Source: a virus
Lineage: Duplodnaviria > Caudoviricetes
DNA length: 64,000 nucleotides
Virus record (IMG/VR): IMGVR_UViG_3300031857_000007
Direction: 5' to 3' (one strand)
The translations under genes and the position numbers were made by a program. The notes beneath the pieces are model-generated. The model was not told the origin of the DNA. It did not search any database and saw only the letters and a program-made list of their open reading frames with translations. This document shows, one piece after another, positions 47,400-57,800 of the stretch (within the stretch, counting starts at the first letter, position 1; every line of letters starts with the position of its first letter).

Positions 47400-48239
47400 T
47401 TAACCTACCATATCTAAAGGAGGTAATTCGTATGTACTTGACATTTTATCCATTAGAACATCAATCTCTCTCTGAGCGTCGTCATATATCTGCCTACCAT
47501 TCAATTCTACTCCACCTGGCAATTTAACACCTTGGAACTTAATCAAATTCTGCCCCCACTGCTTTTTAATTAATGAAGTCAAATATGGTTTGAGGAAAGA
47601 ATCATTCCAAACCCTACTATAATCGTTAGGATCTAGTGTGGTGTAACAATCAATAACAAAAAATGTATCTGGACTAACACTTGACCAATCTATATCCAAA
47701 TATAATCTGTCTTGTCTTTTATTAAATCTTATCTGTTTTTGAGTTGTCAATAACCAATTCAAATCTTCAAGATAAGTTTTGACCATTGCATAACTCAAAA
47801 GTTCTGTTGTTCCCCAATAATAAATATCATTTAAAAATAATTGATATTTAACACTAAACATATTGTGGGTTATAGTGTTGGCACCGTCAAAATGGAAAAT
47901 TTTATTGACACCTATTACAGACGGAGGAATTTGTAAATAATTGCTATTTTCATAATAAGTAAATGTCGTTGCAGTACCAACTATATTTGTTGTTGCACTT
48001 GTACTTGCAACTCCAACACCACCAACTTTTGCTCTTCCTCGATCAATATCATTTTGATTGACTTTATATTTAAAAAACGTAGGATAAACGCCGTCAAAAT
48101 GTCTTTCTTGGAAAAACTGTATCGCATCATCTACTAGGTCTTCAATTTGTTCATCCGCAACGTTAATTTCCAAAACAGGATAACCTAGTTTTCTCTTGCA
48201 ATAATCAATTAATTCTTGTCTGCTGGTTGGTTGTGCCAT
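47400..48239 (-). CDS. gp13: Neck protein gp13
   Basis: SRQELIDYCKRKLGYPVLEINV...KKQWGQNLIKFQGVKLPGGVELNG. Confidence 0.95.
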   Translation of the reverse strand: MAQPTSRQELIDYCKRKLGYPVLEINVADEQIEDLVDDAIQFFQERHFDGVYPTFFKYKVNQNDIDRGRAKVGGVGVASTSATTNIVGTATTFTYYENSNYLQIPPSVIGVNKIFHFDGANTITHNMFSVKYQLFLNDIYYWGTTELLSYAMVKTYLEDLNWLLTTQKQIRFNKRQDRLYLDIDWSSVSPDTFFVIDCYTTLDPNDYSRVWNDSFLKPYLTSLIKKQWGQNLIKFQGVKLPGGVELNGRQIYDDAQREIDVLMDKMSSTYELPPLDMVG

Positions 48240-48242
48240 TTT

Positions 48243-48407
48243 CTATAAGTTACAAACGACCTCTTGTTGTTTTAGATATAATTTTAAATAGCACTTAAGC
48301 ATTAATTTTACTTTTTCAATATCCTCTATACTATCTATCTCTCTACACATTTTCTCATATTCAAACAACTTGGTAATATTTTCTAATTCAATTGTACTAG
48401 GATCCAT
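48243..48407 (-). CDS. nblA: NblA-like phycobilisome degradation adaptor (54 aa)
   Basis: Not in the ORF track. My translation: MDPSTIELENITKLFEYEKMCREIDSIEDIEKVKLMLKCYLKLYLKQQEVVCNL*. It fills the gap between the 74-aa ORF and gp13; size and residue pattern match NblA by eye. The confidence reflects the functional call; the ORF itself is more secure. Confidence 0.62.
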   Translation of the reverse strand: MDPSTIELENITKLFEYEKMCREIDSIEDIEKVKLMLKCYLKLYLKQQEVVCNL

Positions 48408-48621
48408 TTAAAAATCTCCTTAATAAACCTTTAATTTCTTCAAGATCTGTTTTTATAGAATTGACATCCTCCTCAAGATTTTTTATTTTTTGTGATTCTA
48501 ACTCTTTTAATGCTTTTTGTTGCAAATAAGTATGATATTCGGAAATATTTGTATTTAGAATAGCGCCACTATTTTCATCTCTCACATAACTTGCATTTTC
48601 TTTTACTTTTATGTGCGTCAT
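48397..48621 (-). CDS. Small hypothetical protein with C-terminal coiled coil (74 aa)
   Basis: YVRDENSGAILN...IKNLEEDVNSIKTDLEEIKGLL. Confidence 0.75.
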   Translation of the reverse strand: MTHIKVKENASYVRDENSGAILNTNISEYHTYLQQKALKELESQKIKNLEEDVNSIKTDLEEIKGLLRRFLNGS

Positions 48622-48623
48622 AA

Positions 48624-51128
48624 TTAGGCAAGTGCAATAACTCTTAATTGTCTAAATCTTGGAGGGTATGTTTGATTTGTTGAAGTTCCTATTAACTTAA
48701 CACTAAAATATCTAAATGCCGGTAATTGGTCTATAGTAAATTCATGCTCAATAAATTCAAGTTGATTGGCAAAAAATCCTCTTTTAGTGCTTTTTGGTCT
48801 TTTTCTGTCCGGTCTTCCACTATTTTTTGATGTATCGACAACTTTTTTGATAGTTTCTGGACTTGGAGAAATTGAAGTTTCTCCGACTATTGATAGATTG
48901 TCATATCCTGGGAATGGATAATAAATCAGTTCTTCTTTTGGATCGTTAGCAATTGCAAATAAAGCCCTTATATCACTATCCACATTTACATATGCATTTA
49001 CATATAATTTAATGGAAGTTGCTGGAGTTTCTAGTGAAATTGGTTTCGTTGCATATACAAATGCGGTTGGATCATCTTTAAGAGTAGACACTCTCTCATC
49101 TTCTACATAATCTTCAATGACATTATTAATTCTATTAGACGTTAAAATCATACCAGATCTATGAAGATCTATAACTGGAGAAATATAAGTATTTGCTGTC
49201 AATAGTCTCATATTTAAAGTAAATGATTTTTTGCCTGGCAGTGTAGACAGTTTACTATTTTCATTTACTTTAGAGCATATTAATCTTGGCGAATTTAAAT
49301 AATTGTTCGCATTTAAATTAATTTCTTCAAAACCCTGATCTGAGAAAGACTCTTCATTTCCGCTTACACTTGTTCCACTAACAGTTCTTATTGAAGCATT
49401 TATTTTAGTTCCATTAAGAGTTAATGTTTCGATATTTGGTCTAATAATTTCATATTGTATATTTTGTGATGCATTAACTCTAGATCCACCTGCAGATTTT
49501 GTTTCATTCAAATATAACTTAGGAAAACTTGCTCCTGTAGATCTATCAATGCCATTAGAACTAGTATCTATTTTTATATGATAATGATCAAGTCCTATAG
49601 ATTCACTAACAGTAGAGTCGCCAAGACTATGATCTTTATTAATCCTCCTCAATGAAACTGATCCAAGTTCATATTTGTATATTTGAGTTCCTGTTGTATA
49701 AGAAGACGCAACGGTTTGGTCAACGGATCTTGTTATTCCAGTTAAAGCGCCAGTAGAAGTTCCTGAGTATGAAATAATTTCATCTCCAATTCTTGCGTAT
49801 CCTAAATTGGATGTTCCAACTCCAACATTTTCAAATGTACCAAATACTGATTCATCTTCGACTAAGATATCTGCAGTTGAAGATAGATCATAATTTGCCA
49901 TTAATTTTGACGGAATTGTATCTGGCAAAACATTTGAAATCGAAACAGTATTTGTAGGTGAGTGCATTCCATGATTTTTGTGATTTACTTTAATATGTAA
50001 ACCATCACTTTGAAGTTCGATTGTACTTGCAAGAACGTTAGATCCCGTTGCCTTTAGATCCGTAGTTATTCCAGAATTATTTACATACTGCAAAGTATTT
50101 CCTACACCAGTCAAAAATTCTCCTTGAACCTGGTCTACGATAAGTTCATTAATTCCTGATAGAGAACTTACCGATAATCTAATATTTCTTCCTAATGTAT
50201 CATTTCCAATTTGATTTGCGGTTAGGATATCACCAACAATATATCCTGTTCCGCCAGATTGAATTGTTGCAGCAACAGCAACACCATTAGATATATGAAT
50301 ATTTGCTGTCGCATTTTTGCCGGTACCAGTCACACTAGTTAAAGCTACTCCAGCAAAAGTTCTATTTCCCGAAGACGGTGTATATCCAATTCCAGCATTT
50401 ACAATTGTTAAATTTCCACTGCAAGATCCTGCATATCCAACATAATTAGCAGTTACACTAGAATTTCTTTGGACAATTGTATTTCCTAGTGTTGGTAGAT
50501 CACTTGTCGATAAAGTTGTCCCCAATCCAACTTTAACTTTCCTCGAATTTAAAAATAGTGGTCTTTTTACTAATCTTGCTACTTCTCCATTTCCTGTAGA
50601 TAAATCTGGATTGTAAAAATTTACATCTCCAATTACACCAAAACTAGCTCTATAAAGTTTGAACTTTAAATCGTCAAAATCACTTGGATTCCAAGTTATT
50701 CCATTTTGTGATTTAAAAATAGAACCAGAAAGAGGTTGTTTTGTTACTACAATTTGTTTAGATTCTAGTTGAGTTTGTGACTCGGTATCAATCTCTCCCA
50801 ATCTAGATAACCAGACTAGATACTCACTTGAGTTTGATAACAAACATATACAATGAAATTCTGATCCAGATAGATAAATCGGTGACTTGAATGTTACTCG
50901 CGTGGCCACTGATCCATCGTCGGATACATTTACATCTTTAGGATCTACTACAATCTCACTAAATGGATATACTTTATTCGATGGAAACCCCAAATTCATT
51001 GGTCTCAATTGAACCGTTACTGGAAGTTCCGGATCTTTGGAGAAAAAATAAAGATCAACAGAAGTTACAAATATTCCACTCTTTGGCTCTACATAAAAAG
51101 ATTGTGCTAATGGATCTACTAGTTTCAT
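48624..51128 (-). CDS. Virion structural protein, C-terminal part of a DUF4815-like family (834 aa)
   Basis: Starts MKLVDPLAQSF...TSVDLYF...LPVTVQLR, a motif I recognise as internal in full-length homologues; ends PPRFRQLRVIALA. Confidence 0.75.
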   Translation of the reverse strand: MKLVDPLAQSFYVEPKSGIFVTSVDLYFFSKDPELPVTVQLRPMNLGFPSNKVYPFSEIVVDPKDVNVSDDGSVATRVTFKSPIYLSGSEFHCICLLSNSSEYLVWLSRLGEIDTESQTQLESKQIVVTKQPLSGSIFKSQNGITWNPSDFDDLKFKLYRASFGVIGDVNFYNPDLSTGNGEVARLVKRPLFLNSRKVKVGLGTTLSTSDLPTLGNTIVQRNSSVTANYVGYAGSCSGNLTIVNAGIGYTPSSGNRTFAGVALTSVTGTGKNATANIHISNGVAVAATIQSGGTGYIVGDILTANQIGNDTLGRNIRLSVSSLSGINELIVDQVQGEFLTGVGNTLQYVNNSGITTDLKATGSNVLASTIELQSDGLHIKVNHKNHGMHSPTNTVSISNVLPDTIPSKLMANYDLSSTADILVEDESVFGTFENVGVGTSNLGYARIGDEIISYSGTSTGALTGITRSVDQTVASSYTTGTQIYKYELGSVSLRRINKDHSLGDSTVSESIGLDHYHIKIDTSSNGIDRSTGASFPKLYLNETKSAGGSRVNASQNIQYEIIRPNIETLTLNGTKINASIRTVSGTSVSGNEESFSDQGFEEINLNANNYLNSPRLICSKVNENSKLSTLPGKKSFTLNMRLLTANTYISPVIDLHRSGMILTSNRINNVIEDYVEDERVSTLKDDPTAFVYATKPISLETPATSIKLYVNAYVNVDSDIRALFAIANDPKEELIYYPFPGYDNLSIVGETSISPSPETIKKVVDTSKNSGRPDRKRPKSTKRGFFANQLEFIEHEFTIDQLPAFRYFSVKLIGTSTNQTYPPRFRQLRVIALA

Positions 51129-51170
51129 TTTTTTATCTGTTGATTTTTACTCAAGTTTATTACTATTAAT

Positions 51171-51178
51171 TATTTATT
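51171..51178 (-). promoter_or_regulatory. Late promoter variant AATAAATA for the 834-aa gene
   Basis: Intergenic, 43 bp upstream of the ATG at 51128. Confidence 0.6.
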
Positions 51179-51185
51179 TTTCTAG

Positions 51186-51587
51186 TTAAATAAAATTTTC
51201 AGCATTTTCTTCTCCATAATTTAAAGTCAATTCCTCACCAGCATCAATATCCCTAATAGCATAATGCCTCATTACTTCATTTACTTTATCTATTTCATAA
51301 TCTACATTTGGATCAAAACTATGATTATACAATCCACAAAAACCCATTCCTATAATACTAAATTCATTATCTAAATTGTAACTATAACTTACACAAGAAG
51401 GAGCATTATTTAATTCTTCTAAAGGTACTTTAAAGTAAGGAAATTCCTCTAAAATTTCATATTTTTTTATTGAATCTTTTGCAAAAACTCCCCATCTATG
51501 TATATTTGATCTTTGGACTATCATTTTTTCCGAAAATATCAAATCATTTAAATGCATTGACTTGAAAGACTCAACATTTCTTCTCAT
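51186..51587 (-). CDS. SET-domain methyltransferase (minimal, 133 aa)
   Basis: SNIHRWGVFAKDSIKKYEILEE, YNHSFDPN and AIRDIDAGEELTLNYG are the canonical SET motifs. Confidence 0.9.
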   Translation of the reverse strand: MRRNVESFKSMHLNDLIFSEKMIVQRSNIHRWGVFAKDSIKKYEILEEFPYFKVPLEELNNAPSCVSYSYNLDNEFSIIGMGFCGLYNHSFDPNVDYEIDKVNEVMRHYAIRDIDAGEELTLNYGEENAENFI

Positions 51588-51853
51588 ATAGTTTGACCAA
51601 TAATTTTTTTTAATGAATCCATCTCTTGCTTCATTTCCTTTAATGCTTCAATGATAACAGGAATTAGTTGTTTGTAATCAACAGCAAGATATCCATTATC
51701 TTGCATTTCGACCATTTCAGGAAATTCTTTTTGGACTTCTTGTGCTATAACTCCATAAGAATTTCCTGTCACACCGGTTATTTCTTTCATTTTATTATTC
51801 CACTCATAATATTTTCCATTTAATCTTGTTATTTTATCAAGATACAATCCCAT
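51584..51853 (-). CDS. Stand-alone C-terminal part of a peptidase S74 chaperone domain
   Basis: LDKITRLNGKYYEW...YGVIAQEVQKEFPEMV...LAVDYKQLIPVIIEALKE plus coiled coil; lacks the S-D-x-x-x-K start. Confidence 0.88.
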   Translation of the reverse strand: MGLYLDKITRLNGKYYEWNNKMKEITGVTGNSYGVIAQEVQKEFPEMVEMQDNGYLAVDYKQLIPVIIEALKEMKQEMDSLKKIIGQTI

Positions 51854-54800
51854 TATTTCAGATTAATACTAAACAATCTATTTAGTGCATTATTGATAGG
51901 TTGAATGTTGGTTTTTAAATTAATGTCACTCATACCCATACCACCACCACCACTACTACCGCCGCCACTGCTGCCGCCACTCATTCCTCCACCACTGCTA
52001 CCACCACTACTACCGCCGCCACTGCTGCCGCCACTCATTCCTCCACCACTGCTACCACCACTACTACCGCCGCCACTGCTGCCACCACTGCTGCCGCCAC
52101 TCATTCCTCCACCACTGCTACCTCCGCCACCGCCGCTCATAGAAGCTCCGCCAGCAGATCCGCCATTATTTCCACCACCACCACCACTCATAGAACCACT
52201 AGAATTTCCTCCTCTATTGCTCGAATTTGAATTGGAAGTCACAAATCCACCAGAACCAGAACTCATATTACTTCCACCACCCATAGAACCACCTGATATA
52301 ACAATACTTGTACCAACAGATCTAGTATTATTTTTGCCAACAAATCCGTCTTTAGATCTTTGAGTAGTCGTAACTTGTTGACCTACAGTAACTGACCTAT
52401 TAGTTCCTCCAGTTCTACTTACATTTGCAATAACTTTAGTATCAGTATTTCTAGATTTTACTCCAGACTGACTTAAAATATTATTCAGTTTTTCATCGCT
52501 AACAATTCTAGCATCTAACTTATCTTGTCTAATATCCTTATCTCGGGTCTTCCTCTCAAATCTTATATCGGCTGCAGTAAGAGTAACACCTTGTTGAGCG
52601 AATATTTGTTTAGCCTCTTGGGTGGAAATGCTCTTCTTAGATTCAAGTTCAGCATAGTTGTATTCTTTTCCTTGATATGTAACGGTTTGAAGTTCAACGG
52701 CAACTGTTTTTCCAGTTCCTCTTGCAGTTGTCAATAGGTACTCTACACCAGTTGTTGGTGCGACTGGAGGATTGGGAACATCAACTGGTTTAGATAGAGG
52801 AGTATCATTATCACCTCTTCCACCACCACTAACTGGTGCGGGAGAAGGAGGAATTGAAGGAACATTGATTGGAGTAGTTTCTACAACAGTATATCCATCA
52901 GAAACAACCGAAGTTGCATCGATGACTGTTTGGTTTTCAACTCTAACATTTCTTAAAGAAAGAACATTTTCTTGAGCCTTATTAACTTTACCTTCTGCAT
53001 AGAATTTTTCTTCTGCACTAGTAATACTTCCCTGTACTTGAGAATTTAGATTGCTACTTGTCAATCTGAATAATTTTGTTCCTGTTGTAAAATAAGGATT
53101 TGTATTGATGTTTGGATTTGGAATATAGAAAGATCCTATTATAACCCCAATACTATCAGTAATTAATCTGACATCTGCAACTGTTGCTTCAGCTCCGCTA
53201 GTTTGTCCTTTTAACTTCATTCCTGGAAGAACATATCCATAATATAAACCCTGTGATTGATATGCTAAACTATATGTGTCTACATTTAGAGTAGTTGAAG
53301 TTGTAGAATACTCAGAAGGTAAAAATTCGTTTCTATTATATGGATTTGAAACATAGATATCTGAAGGATTATTATATGGACCATACTTATGATTAGAAGA
53401 ACTTACTCTAAAAGATATTGAAGGACTTTCTTGAGTATCTTGTGAAGAACCTTCGATATAACCTTTAACAGTTTCTCCAACTACAAATGATCCAAACTGC
53501 ATAGAAACTTCAATTAGTTTTGGAACAATAAATCTATTAATATCCTTTCCGTCAAAAAACGCATATACTCTTGTAGAGGGTTTTAATCTCTTTGCAACAA
53601 ATTCAATATTTCTAGATCTCATGTATGGAATTATATCCGTACTTAGAATCTTATCGCCAAGAGAAACTGTACTAAATTCTGCTTTAGTGCTAGTTCTTAA
53701 TCCTTTTCTAGCGGCTGTTCCACTAGCCAATGTAATATCATACGTTTCTTGGAAAGTATTGCCATACTCATCTTGAACAACTTCAGTTTGAGTTTGTTTA
53801 GTGGTTCCTGTCCAATTAGTTTCCCAAGATCCCCAAATTACGGGTCCAAAACCAGTTTGCTTATCTAAATCAGCAATGCTGATTTGAGAGAAAGTTTCTG
53901 TATAATTGCCTTGTACATTAATATTATTCGCTGACAATCTTACAGTATCAACCCAAATATCAGAAGAAGGTGTTAACTCTATGGTACCATTGTAATAAGC
54001 AACTCTATATGGAGCAACACTTTCAACTCTTGTGCCATAAGGTTGATCTATTTCTAAAACCTCAGTATAATCTAGTGTTATTACATCGCCAGTTCTCTTA
54101 ATTCCAGTTCCAATCAAATCGGTCACATATCCAAGATCTGCTGTTGGATCATATACTCCATCAATTCCAACAAATGAAGTTGATCCTAAAAGTAAGTCAA
54201 TTGAAGTTGTATAAGGAGAAGGTCTTAGTTCTGAGTTTTTGACATCAATACTATTCTTTACTATCGTTTTCTTTAGTTGAGACTTAGTATCTGAAAAATC
54301 ATCGACAAAGAAACCGCACTTAAATCGGTTCAATCCATTTGTGTCTCTAATTTGTAGATTGGAAGTATCACTTTCCAGAAGAGACAATGAAGTATAGTAT
54401 TCTAGATTTTTAATTCTATTTTCTAAACTAGAGATATCAACCATTCTATATCTCTTATGCTCCATCATGCTTATGTTAATGGAACTTAGATCACACAAAT
54501 ATGCGGGAAGTAGCATTGTTGCAACTTCTATAGCATCATCTGCTGGTAGTGGTGGTTGAGGATTATCTGAGGGTTCTCCTTTACTTAACTGCAAATATCC
54601 TTCTTTAGTTAAGAAAATTTTATCTATTCTAGGCAAATAATAAGAATAATCTAATAGTATTGACTCATCTGAAGCTAAAATATTAGATGCAGAATTTCCG
54701 CTAGAAGTAAATGATCTTGCCAAAAACTCAAATGGTGATCTGGATCCAGAAGTTACGGAATAATTTGATACTCTAGGTCTAATATCAATAATATCACTTG

Positions 54801-57800
54801 ACTTAACTCCATTAATTGCAGGTAAATCACAATAATCAAATTGGTTATATGAATTTATTATTGTAATATCCCCAGTGTCTGATGGCAGATAACTTGCAGA
54901 CTCAAACAATATCTTCAATCTTCTTGTTGGCTCTGAAGATGTAGTCTTTCTTACTATTCTGGAGTAATCATAAATCGTATTTGTCTGACCATTTTCAAAA
55001 GTAAAACTATTTGTAATATTCTGATCTCCAGATTCTACTTCTGTTATTATTGCTTGTATTCCAGATTCTTTAAATTTTACGGTTTCACCAACTTTAAATC
55101 TATTCTCGTTTAAGTATATTAAAGAAATTTTTAGATCATTTAGTTTTTCAGAATAGATAGCTACTGCATTACTTTCTTTTCCTACAATTTCTTCTCCAAT
55201 CAATAAATCGCCAGTTTTATTTGTTGGACCGGAAAGAGATATCATACTAATCGCAGGAAGATCTGGATTAGATGTATCATTGGACTCAAAAATACCAATT
55301 ATTTTGGTTACATCTGGTTCCATCAAGCATATGTCACTATCCTGAACTCTAGTGCCATATGGATAATTTCCATATGTCAATCCGTCATTAAATGTAGTTG
55401 ATCCGATTCCAGATCCTTCGTATTTTGATTTGTCAATTATAATTGATCTTACTCTATTTCTATTCTTAACCTTTTCTTTGATGTTAACTTTTCTTAGAGT
55501 TGCTATTAATCTAGCAGTTGTATTTGACCCTAATCCATTTATTGTAAGTTCTGTAGATCCGGAAGTAAATACAAATTTATCTGCACTTAAATTTTCTGTT
55601 TGTCCATCATATCTTATCAATACGTATCTTTCTTCATCAAATGGTAAAAAGGTTTCATTACTTCCAGCAACTATAGTTCCCGTTGAATTTGATGTGATAT
55701 TGACAATAAATTCTTTTCTGATGGTTAAATTTGAATTCTCTAAATCTACAGAAGATATGTTTTGATTTGGTAATACTGTATATAAAGTATTATCGGTTGA
55801 AGACTGGAATCTTGAAGTTAAGATATTAAAATCGCTAGGATTAATAATTGTTGTTGGCAAATCTCCTTCACATACACCAATAACTTTGTTTACTGCACTA
55901 ATTCGGATAGAATTTTGAAATACTGCCTCTATTCTTGCGTATGAGACTGTGGACAACCCAGGATTAGAGTAAGATACAATATTTCCTACTGTAGCTATAC
56001 CGGAAAATATAAATGACGAGGAAGAAACAGTGCTTATTCCACCACTTCCTGCAGTTATATTTACTTGTCCAATATTAATAGAAGGATATTGTTTTACATC
56101 TGCAGTAAAAGTTGAAGCAGAACCAACAACTCCATACAGAGATTTGATGTCATTTGGATAATAATCCGTTATTGCTGTAGAAACTCTGCTTATACTTTCG
56201 GTACCATTGAATATAATTTTTTCGCCAACTATAAAATTACCTTTGGTATTGTATGCAGTAATGATACCAGAATTGCTAGCATCAAATCTTAAAAATCCAA
56301 CAGCTCCGCTAGATTTTCCTTTAATATGAACAGAATTACTTAAAGATATTGGTTCATTTAAAAATATTTCAGTATATGTTTGAATATCATAAAGAGATAT
56401 ATCCCACTCATTAATATCTGGATATGCTGTACTATATGATCCCGATTCTAAAGCAAAATCATATACTCTTGCGAGTCCAATCTCTTTTCCTGAAGCAGTT
56501 TTTTGATCAGATCCAATCCTAGAATTTCTTAAACTTAAAGTATATGAAGTTGCAATCCCTAAGCTTGGGGATCCATAAACTCTATTTAAGGTAAATGTTG
56601 GTCCGGTTACATAATTAATACTTCTATTTTGTAATTTTTTAGTTGTCCTAGGCTTTTCAAAATCAATAAAAGTTGGAGATATGGTTTCTATCTCATATCC
56701 TCTAACAAAAGCTTTTAGTGGAGATATTTTGTAAGTACCAAGATCCTCTGAAGGTACTTTTCCATCATATGTTATCTGATCTTCTGTAAATAACCCATTG
56801 TTGCCCTTAAGATCGTTTAATGATTCTTGTACACTTAGTTTTGGTTGTACTACATAATAATCACCAGACTCTTCATAAGTCCTTCTGGCAAGTTCTTTTT
56901 GTAAAATATTATATTGTGGAGTATTAGATACTGATCTAAGAACACCATTCTCAACTTCTAGAAGTTGAACAAAATTTTCAACATCTTTTACACCTAAAGG
57001 AACCTTAGAAATTACTGCTTTTATAGATAATCTATCGGCACCTGGAGCAGAATAATTCGAAAATCCCTGTGCATTATCATTCAGCGATTTATCTTTATCT
57101 GAAGTAATAATATCTTCAAAGATTTCAAATCCAACTTTATAACTAGGAGTATTTGAGTATTGGTCTAATAGTATTGTTTGTTCTGGTACTTCAACAAAAC
57201 AACCTCTTAAAAAGTAAACTCCAGAAGAAATTATAACCGCAGAAGAAGGTGAATTACAATCTACAGAAATTGTGGACGCAATTCCCTCTCCATCTTGAAA
57301 TATTACTGATTGTTCTCTATTTAAAGAACTTTTTGTTGTTAGTGCCCCTTCAATTAATAAAATTTCTCCATCAGCAAATCCTTCATAACTATTAGTTTGA
57401 GAATCTGAATTTAAATAGTTTACATATAATGTATTATTTCCTCGATCCGAATTTGTAAAGTCTAGTACACCAATTACGGTTGCTCTTACTCCAGAATTCT
57501 GGCCCCTAAGAGTTCTTCCAATTAAACTTGGCAAATATGCAATAACATTGGTTCCCAAATACAAATTCTGAAGTTCAACAGCTTTATAACTATCAACATA
57601 GTTTACGCCACCAGGAATTACAACAGAACCTTCCTTGAAAAAATGATTTCCAAATTGTTCAATTTGATTTTGTAAAATGGATTGAATTGTTGTTAATTCT
57701 CTAGCTTGTACAGGGTACCCTGGTTTAAATAGTACCCTATAGTATCCATTTATTGCATCAAAATCATCAAAATAAGGTGATACATTGAGATTAGTTTCCT

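Noticed and set aside
51840-51900. Programmed frameshift or read-through fusing the two S74 parts
   Set aside because: The downstream frame has stops up to three codons before its ATG, there is no X-XXY-YYZ slippery site at the junction, and in-frame read-through meets another TAA within a few codons. A sequencing error is not fully excluded.
51905-52363. Plus-strand 152-aa poly-Pro/Leu ORF
   Set aside because: It is the antisense shadow of the Gly/Ser linker (GGT/GGC codons read as Pro on the other strand).
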